NCBI GenBank assembly: GCA_053919585.1
Contig: CM132786.1
DNA length: 64,000 nucleotides
Reading direction: 5' to 3' (one strand)
DNA from: Euprymna scolopes
Lineage: Eukaryota
The notes below the pieces were generated by a model, which saw nothing but the letters and a program-made list of their open reading frames with translations, searched no databases and was not told the origin of the DNA. Position numbers and translations under genes: made by a program. Below are positions 61,200 to 64,000 of the stretch, one piece after another; position 1 is the first letter of the stretch; each line of letters starts with the position of its first letter.

Positions 61200-64000
61200 C
61201 ACGCGATACGTTTTTTTATAATAAAAAATTATTAGGTTTCGTTTTCCAACCATTTACGTTAGAATTATTGATATGCAATGCGTATATAGGAGGACATGTG
61301 GGTTCTGTTCTAACCAAAGGCTTATAGGCGTAAGAAGTTAATAAAATGTGTTGCGATTTTTCAATTCTGTATAAAAAAATAATTTTATTCATATTGTTAT
61401 TCTCTTATACCGTTCTTCCTATTGCTTAATGTGCTTTAGTTTTATATTAAATATATTTATGAGTATACATCCGTGTTTATTATGACGGCGATTTTAATAT
61501 TATTTTTAAATTAAGCTGATTCCCCGCGAGAACATTGGGGATGTTTGATACGTTTTTATTGCTATCATTTTATACGCCAATGTTAATACTTGCTCCTCCG
61601 TGTCATACTAATACAAAGTGTTAAAATATAACAATTATCAATGATTATCTGCATTAAACGCAAGCCAACTATATGTTAATAGATTTGACAATTATTTCTG
61701 GAATACATCGATATAATATACAGCTTAAACACGTAGACACAATGGGTTTCGTTCAGATAACCAAAGTTAAACAATGTTGAGCCTAGTCATTTATTAAATG
61801 AGTGACCTATTCGAGAATTCGAAGTTTTGTATATAAAACGATGTTGACAAGAGTTGTAAAAACCTAACATCGTCATCTCGCCAAAAGTGAATATACATGC
61901 GACTGGAGATCTTTTTTGTGAATTTAATATTCCCCTTGAATTTCCTCCTTAGGAGGAAGCCGATAAACCTCATATGCTATAATCTATTGATATATTGTAT
62001 AAGTAATGTTTGTCATGTATTCAACCATATTTGTTTTATCAATGACGATTAATATACATATATAGATATGCTATGAAATGATTGATTAGCATAATTTGAT
62101 ATTGTTGTTGTTTTAGCTGGGAGAACATATTTCAGTTTAAGTATGCATTTTGGTTCAGGGAAGAGTTTGACAAATTATAATCCATATCGTACAACGAAAC
62201 GTTTACATGTAACATACTAGCAAACAAAACGTGGTCGCAACAATATAAATTCGTTTTGTCGGGGGGGGGAGTAGTTAAACTTGAACCACATATGCGAAGC
62301 TATTACATATAAAAAGAACGAATGAGTCAAGCAATAGATTTTATAGAAATTATTCTTGAGACTATTTATAGATAATAATCTGGATATTAGTTATATAAAC
62401 AGTTTAAACCAGCCAGCACCCACAAAAGCCTAAATGACATTTGCTGATAAACGTTATTAATTCAAAATATTGACGGTTAAACATCAAAGAAATTTCAACC
62501 AACGGTTTATTCTTAGCAGAGTGGATTATTTCCGACGATGATTCAAGATAAAAAGAGTGTACATAGAATTAGGAAGTAGCTCTCCTGTTTAACATAATAA
62601 TGATACGGTGAATAATGTGTCTCAACTGTCAAAATTGCTACATATTTATAATAAAAACTAGGTGACATTATCAGCAATAGACTGATGTATTTTCTTCTCA
62701 AATACAGTTTCATTGCATATAAAATTGCAAATTTATGAAACGATTCAGAGAATAAAATTTTTTACTCGGGTAAAATAGTCTCTTATATTTTCCCTTATAA
62801 CATGAACTATTTAGGCACACTAGCATGCCATCTTGCTTGCAGAATAGTCTGCCATATAATACTGATTTTGTGCTAAAATGCATAAGCATTGGTGCTATTG
62901 CTTTTAAATATTTCTAAAGCTTAATTATATTCTGCAATACCCAAAATGACAACTACATCTATTTCTTCTTTTTTGTCTGTTTCACTGTTATGGCTTACTC
63001 TGATTGAACACATGATTTGCCGCTTTTCACAGCCTAGTAAGCCTTAGAAATGAATTCCTGTGGCTGAAAGCCGATATGAAAAGGGCAAAATTCTACTACA
63101 GTTCATAGCTTAGCTAGAATTGTATGCAGAAATCTTACGAACCATTATGAATAACAAGACAATAAAGATGTAGAAAGCTAACAGATAACCTATGGTATTT
63201 TAAAATACAACGAATTTTAATATTTTTTAATCACGATGACAAAGCGTGTATTAAATAATATTTAAAATGGCGATACTCTGTAAAAAATAATAATAAAAGC
63301 AAACATCATGAATGCATATTTGAACGTATGAAATAATCAATCATAATAAAAATTTATTTTACTCAGAATCCATTCACTTTAATAATATCCTAATTGTTAG
63401 ACAATAATGAATACATGTATTTCAAGTAAACTGACAAATCACAATCGAACTTCTCACTTCGGTTACTTTCTTTTCGACAGTCTCAGACACAACATGTGTA
63501 TTCGAGTGTATAACTTGAACGTTACATAACATTATTTGGTGCCGTCGGGCCAAGCCTTTTTTATAAAAAGATGAAGAAAAAAGACGAAAAGCTACGACTG
63601 AAGGGAATGTCGTTACTAAAAATACAGAAGACGGAGAAGCTTGGAGAAAAATAAAGAAATTCATCTTTCTGATTCCTTTATCGATGTGTTTCTCCTGTTT
63701 TGTAGATCATATATTATTTAGATAAATTCCGTTTTCTTGAAAACGTATTCCATCTTAAATACTATCTTGAATATGATAGACAAGTGTTCTAGTACTACTA
63801 TAGTAATATAGCATTTGTAGGGAGTATTTTTTTCGTTTAACCTAGCAAATAGATTATTTAGTTTTTAATAGACATTTTAAAAAAATTTAGAAATTACTAT
63901 GTTTATATTGCTGTATTTTTATTTGCGATATTCAAATGATTTCAAACCCACAGATGACTATAGTATAAGTATTCTTCATTTTTTAAATTATGATTTTACA

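Overview
AT-rich eukaryotic (animal) genomic DNA with three N-gaps, many (TA)n microsatellites and no recognisable host protein-coding exon; it reads as intergenic or intronic. The repeat repertoire looks like a coleoid cephalopod (octopus-like), which is my inference and is unverified. Almost all recognisable content is transposon-derived: a long, decayed L1/Tx1-clade LINE (1-~4570, minus) and a second, heavily deleted one (~56400-58837); an R4-clade RLE retroelement relic; two 5'-truncated CR1-group LINEs; several RTE fragments, including a TSD-flanked bipartite non-autonomous RTE; a full-length DD37D (maT) Tc1/mariner element plus Tc1 relics; eight copies of a non-autonomous Helitron, partly in tandem arrays; and a TSD-flanked SINE-like repeat. 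The most interesting signal is non-coding: several minimal hammerhead-ribozyme motifs of the Penelope-like type, including a back-to-back inverted pair forming a ~165-bp palindrome between (TA)n tracts, and an HDV-like ribozyme fold near the 5' end of the bipartite RTE. Most ORFs in the supplied track are spurious (microsatellite, gap or antisense-to-TE).
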